DNA of 64,000 nucleotides from Schmidtea nova (Eukaryota): NCBI GenBank assembly GCA_044892505.1, contig CM097884.1, positions 60,202,001 to 60,266,000 of the forward strand, read 5' to 3'. Shown piece by piece: positions 59,746 to 64,000 of this stretch (position 1 is its first letter; each line of letters starts with the position of its first letter). The notes under the pieces were generated by a model. It saw only the letters and a program-made list of their open reading frames with translations, ran no database searches and was not told where the DNA came from. The position numbers and the translations under genes were made by a program.

Positions 59746-61792
59746 TTAGAAGATTATATGTGTATTGTTTTTGTGAAAAAAAGAAAAAATTGTTTATGTC
59801 ATATTCGTCAAATGACCATATTTCAATAAGACATTGTAGATAGATATTGTCACTAATAATCAAACAAACAGTTTCACAACACTATAAAGTATGATTTATA
59901 TAAAAAAGCCATGTAAAGTACATACAATAGGTGCCTGCGTAATGAAAACGCGTGTGTAACGCAATGAATTGGACTTTATAAAATTTTAAATATTCTATTA
60001 TGTTTAATTTAAAAAGTTTTCTATACATTGTACTACTGAAAATTGCATCAGTAGTCGAGAATATTGATTTCGAATTGCTGTCAAAAAGTGTTCCAGAGTG
60101 AATCAGCGATACAAATATACAAACATATAAACATACATACTTTGGTTCTTTATATATTAGATTGTGATGTTGAACTGAAAGCATCTAAAGATAAAAATGG
60201 TATTTTCGAAATATATTATGTTTAACAAAATTTGGATTGGAGTTTGTTGTTAATAAATAAAATGTTTGTAATTTTCGTTAAGTCAATTTAGATGCGTAAA
60301 TGCAAAGTACTTACAATTTTATGTCATTATAGAATAATTAGAATTATTGAATAAAGCATTCTACTTTTACACAATTTAAGAGTGAATATCCAGAAAATGT
60401 CAAATAATTCGCCACTTTTTTAAGCACTCCTCTCACATAAATGTATGAAAAATATTTAAATAAATAAAAATATGAAATTTTTATTATTTGTCAATAGCAG
60501 AGTATTTTAAAATATAATAAGAAAAATAAAAAGGTTAGCCTGCTCCGCACTGCTTATATCAATGAACTATTTCCATATGTAAAGATCCTAATTACTCCAA
60601 TATGATATTCTTTCCAATTAATTTTTCACTTCTTGCTTTTCTATCTTTCCTTGAAGTGTGATTTTAATATTTTAAATTTTATTATATTTAAAAAATAATC
60701 TGCTATTGACAAACAATAACAATTTCATATTTTATTTATTTTAAGATATATAAAATTCAAGCAGTATTTAAATGTCGAAATGAAAAAGCTTTGAAAAAAA
60801 TTTTTTTGTTGTGATATCAACATCAAAATTCAGGGAAAAAGAACAGAAAGATGAAGTAAACAATAAATTGGAAATAATTTCAAATTAGAGGATCTTTACA
60901 AATCGAAATCTTTATTTGAAATAAACATTGCGGAAAATGTTAACTTTTTTAATTTTATTATTAAATTAGAAATACTTATTCGAAAAGAAACTATAAATTT
61001 TTGTAAAAAAATGTTTAATAAAAACAAATAATGTTAAATAACAAAAATATGAAATTTTCTTTTCAAAGATATTGTTTTGTTATACAAATTATAAATTTTA
61101 TAATTATTTTAAATATTGACAAAATATGAATGCGTGTGAAAATGTACTATATTAACAATATAATCAAAAATTATGTACCATAAAACGAAAACAATTACTA
61201 CATCAACAAAACCGATAATAGAATAATAACATATTATATAATAATATATAAAAAGCGGCAGCATATATCTTGCATAACAGTTTCCAAATAATTAAATGCC
61301 GAAATCACATGAATTGCATTTTCCATGGGGAAATAAAAAGGGCAATTTTTCACATTAGAATCATAATTTCTTGGAAATAATATTGAGAATTATTTGAAGA
61401 AAAGTTTCAACTTTCTTTATTATAAGATCTATATAATACAGTTAAAGGTGAAATTAACTAAATAAACTAAATAATAATAAATCTTTAGGAATGCGCAGTA
61501 TTATTGACTTAAAAATAATATTTTGAATTTTTTATAAACAAGAAATATTAAATTAGTTATAGAAAGTTTCAGAAATTAATTTAATATTTCCGTAATTCAT
61601 ANNNNNNNNNNNNNNNNNNNNNNNNNNNNNNNNNNNNNNNNNNNNNNNNNNNNNNNNNNNNNNNNNNNNNNNNNNNNNNNNNNNNNNNNNNNNNNNNNNN
61701 NNNNNNNNNNNNNNNNNNNNNNNNNNNNNNNNNNNNNNNNNNNNNNNNNNNNNNNNNNNNNNNNNNNNNNNNNNNNNNNNNNNNNNNNNNNN

Positions 61793-62304
61793 GACTATAG
61801 ATCAAAATTTTTTTTTATAAACAATAACACAATATTTCGGCACAGCCTTTATCAAGTGTGTATTTCTATCGTTATATTTACTTAATCCTAAATAGTAGCC
61901 TTAATTATTTTTTTAATATTTTATAATGATTTTATTGGATGAAAAAATTTATTTTATTTTAATTTTTTTGTGCGAATTGAATGTTGATGTACATAAAACA
62001 ACTCCATCTATAGAAGAAACAAAATGCCAGATCCTACAAGAGGGATTCAAAAAATCATTACAAAGATTAGCTTCCGAGACTTTTTTCATAAAAAAATACA
62101 AACCGTCCATCAACATTCAATTCGCACAAAAAAATTAAAATAAAATAAATTTTTTCATCCAATAAAATCATTATAAAATATTAAAAAAATAATTAAGGCT
62201 ACTATTTAGGATTAAGTAAATATAACGATAGAAATACACACTTGATAAAGGCTGTGCCGAAATATTGTGTTATTGTTTATAAAAAAGAATTTTGATCTAT
62301 AGTC
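61793..62304. repeat. 197-bp near-perfect inverted repeat with 118-bp spacer
   Basis: 61793-61989 is the reverse complement of 62108-62304 with one mismatch found; the left arm abuts an N gap. Confidence 0.9.
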
Positions 62305-62365
62305 ATTATGAGAATTATTGATAATAATAATAAAAAAAGATCAAAGGTGAAAAAAGATAATTATG

Positions 62366-62425
<60 letters not shown>

Positions 62426-62566
62426 GTAATAATGATATTGATACTAGGAGACATTTTTTGCATCAAAATTTTTACTGGTATGCATTTGGAATTACTTTAC
62501 TCAATTATTTTGAGCTGAACACGAATAAAAGCTCCATTTTATTCAATCACTTCAATCAGGTTTTTG

Positions 62567-62617
<51 letters not shown>
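62366..62617. repeat. (AAT)n and (AT)n microsatellites
   Basis: Read directly from the sequence. Confidence 0.9.
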
Positions 62618-62620
<3 letters not shown>

Positions 62621-63569
62621 TAAGATATAAAGTTTCATTCATTTTTTCTCTTTCATTAAATTTTCTGATATCTATGACAATATATGGCTGAAATAGTAGC
62701 TAGATTATGTGCTTTTCAATTTCTGGTGTTTGCAAAAGTTTGTTTATAAGTGAAAGTTTAAATGGCCATGGCTTTCAATTGCCTAAGACCAAAACCAATG
62801 TTATGAAACTTATACACGATTACTATGAATTAGGAATGTTGGAAACTTATAGGATGGAGCCTGAAGAAAAGATTTCCTAAAAAAATTATTATATTTTTGT
62901 TTTTATTATGTTTTTCTGTTTTTCTTTTGAATAAAAATAATGAATTAATGATAATGTAAAATTTTTGATATTGAAAAAAATCCCAGGAAATCACAGATTT
63001 TTATAACTTTTCAATGCCAACACCCGGGATTGAAAAATCATCTGAGAACAGGACCCACTAATTCCATGAAATAATTTCAAAAAAATGCGCCAGAATCTGG
63101 TTTATTGACAGATTCATATCACAGAAATATATTATCGATGACATTTATGAAAAAGCTCTTATGAAATCAGATTAACATGAGCATTTCACAAGAAAAAAGA
63201 ACAGGGAATAACTAAATAAATTGTATTACCAAGATGAGAAAAGCTTTTAGAAGACTTAGTAGTAGATGGAAACAGCGAAATGGAAAACGGAATATTAATT
63301 GTCATTGATACAAATTTAACAAAAACATTTCTCAGTAATGTAAATATGTATATTAAATAACTAAATAATTATTTAACTATCATAATTATCTCTTTTCACC
63401 TTTGATCTTTTTTTATTATTATTATCAATAATTATTTAACTGTAAATATTAGCCAATATATGAATGATTGAAGTATGTTGACATCCCTCAAAGTATGTTT
63501 TAGAAGTTTTTGTTTTAATCATAGAATTAGGCAAATCTATTGATTTGTGAATTATGAATAAAAATATGA

Positions 63570-64000
63570 TCTTAATAGTTATGGCCTTAATTGCCATTTT
63601 TGATTGTTTCAGTAAGATGGCATGTTTGATATTAACAACTAAACGAAATGAAAACATATTTTGAATGTAATTTCGAATAAATGAATAATTAAATAGTATA
63701 TTAACCGATGGAGGAAACATATTCGAAGGTTCGTTAATGCGAGATTTGATGCATAAATTTTGAATGCTACAGGAGTTTATTTCACGATATCATTACCCTA
63801 TCAAGCAAGCTTACTGTAGGGATTATTAGAACAGTGAAAGATATAATTAATAGCTCACTGAATGGAAAGTTTAAAGAAAATAATTGGTCCAAACCTAGAT
63901 ATGAGTTCTGTTTAAATGCGACAATACTGAGTTCTACTGGATTGTTTATGGCAGGGAACATTCAAGAATTAAAAGATAAAATTTCAGAAACAGTCAAAGA
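63570..64000 (+). pseudogene. Decayed LTR-retrotransposon integrase core
   Basis: IAIFDCFSK, ILTDGGNIFEG and IIRTVKDII...NW...FCLNAT..SSTG, with stops. Confidence 0.6.

Noticed and set aside
62308-62691. 127-aa poly-Asn ORF (also 23807-24150)
   Set aside because: Translation of (AAT)n and (AT)n microsatellites.

Overview
AT-rich eukaryotic scaffold with four N gaps. The 50-nt intron, the mariner content and the base composition are consistent with a planarian-like flatworm, but this is inference only. From left to right: (i) one end of a Maverick/Polinton carrying the penton N-terminus, integrase, a pX-like basic protein, a packaging ATPase and a hairpin-rich terminus at about 4332; (ii) an actin pseudogene and a 28S rRNA fragment; (iii) a compact two-exon PCIF1/CAPAM-like m6A methyltransferase gene whose 9.5-kb intron holds a piggyBac MITE, a Tc1 relic and a 252-copy 22-bp satellite; (iv) a recent 17.3-kb Ty3/Gypsy LTR element on the minus strand (22948-40247); (v) the last four exons of an SGSM-type TBC RabGAP gene among mariner, pogo, hAT, piggyBac and Gypsy relics. 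The LTR element is the most striking item. Four predicted ORFs are one 3,381-codon reading frame broken only by three in-frame stops, in the order Gag, two ubiquitin-like domains, a Bcl-2-like domain, a chuvirus-like envelope glycoprotein, PR, RT, RH, INT and a second FN3-like type I glycoprotein. A separate ISG20/REX4-like DEDDh exonuclease ORF follows. All family assignments come from motif recognition by eye; no database search was run.
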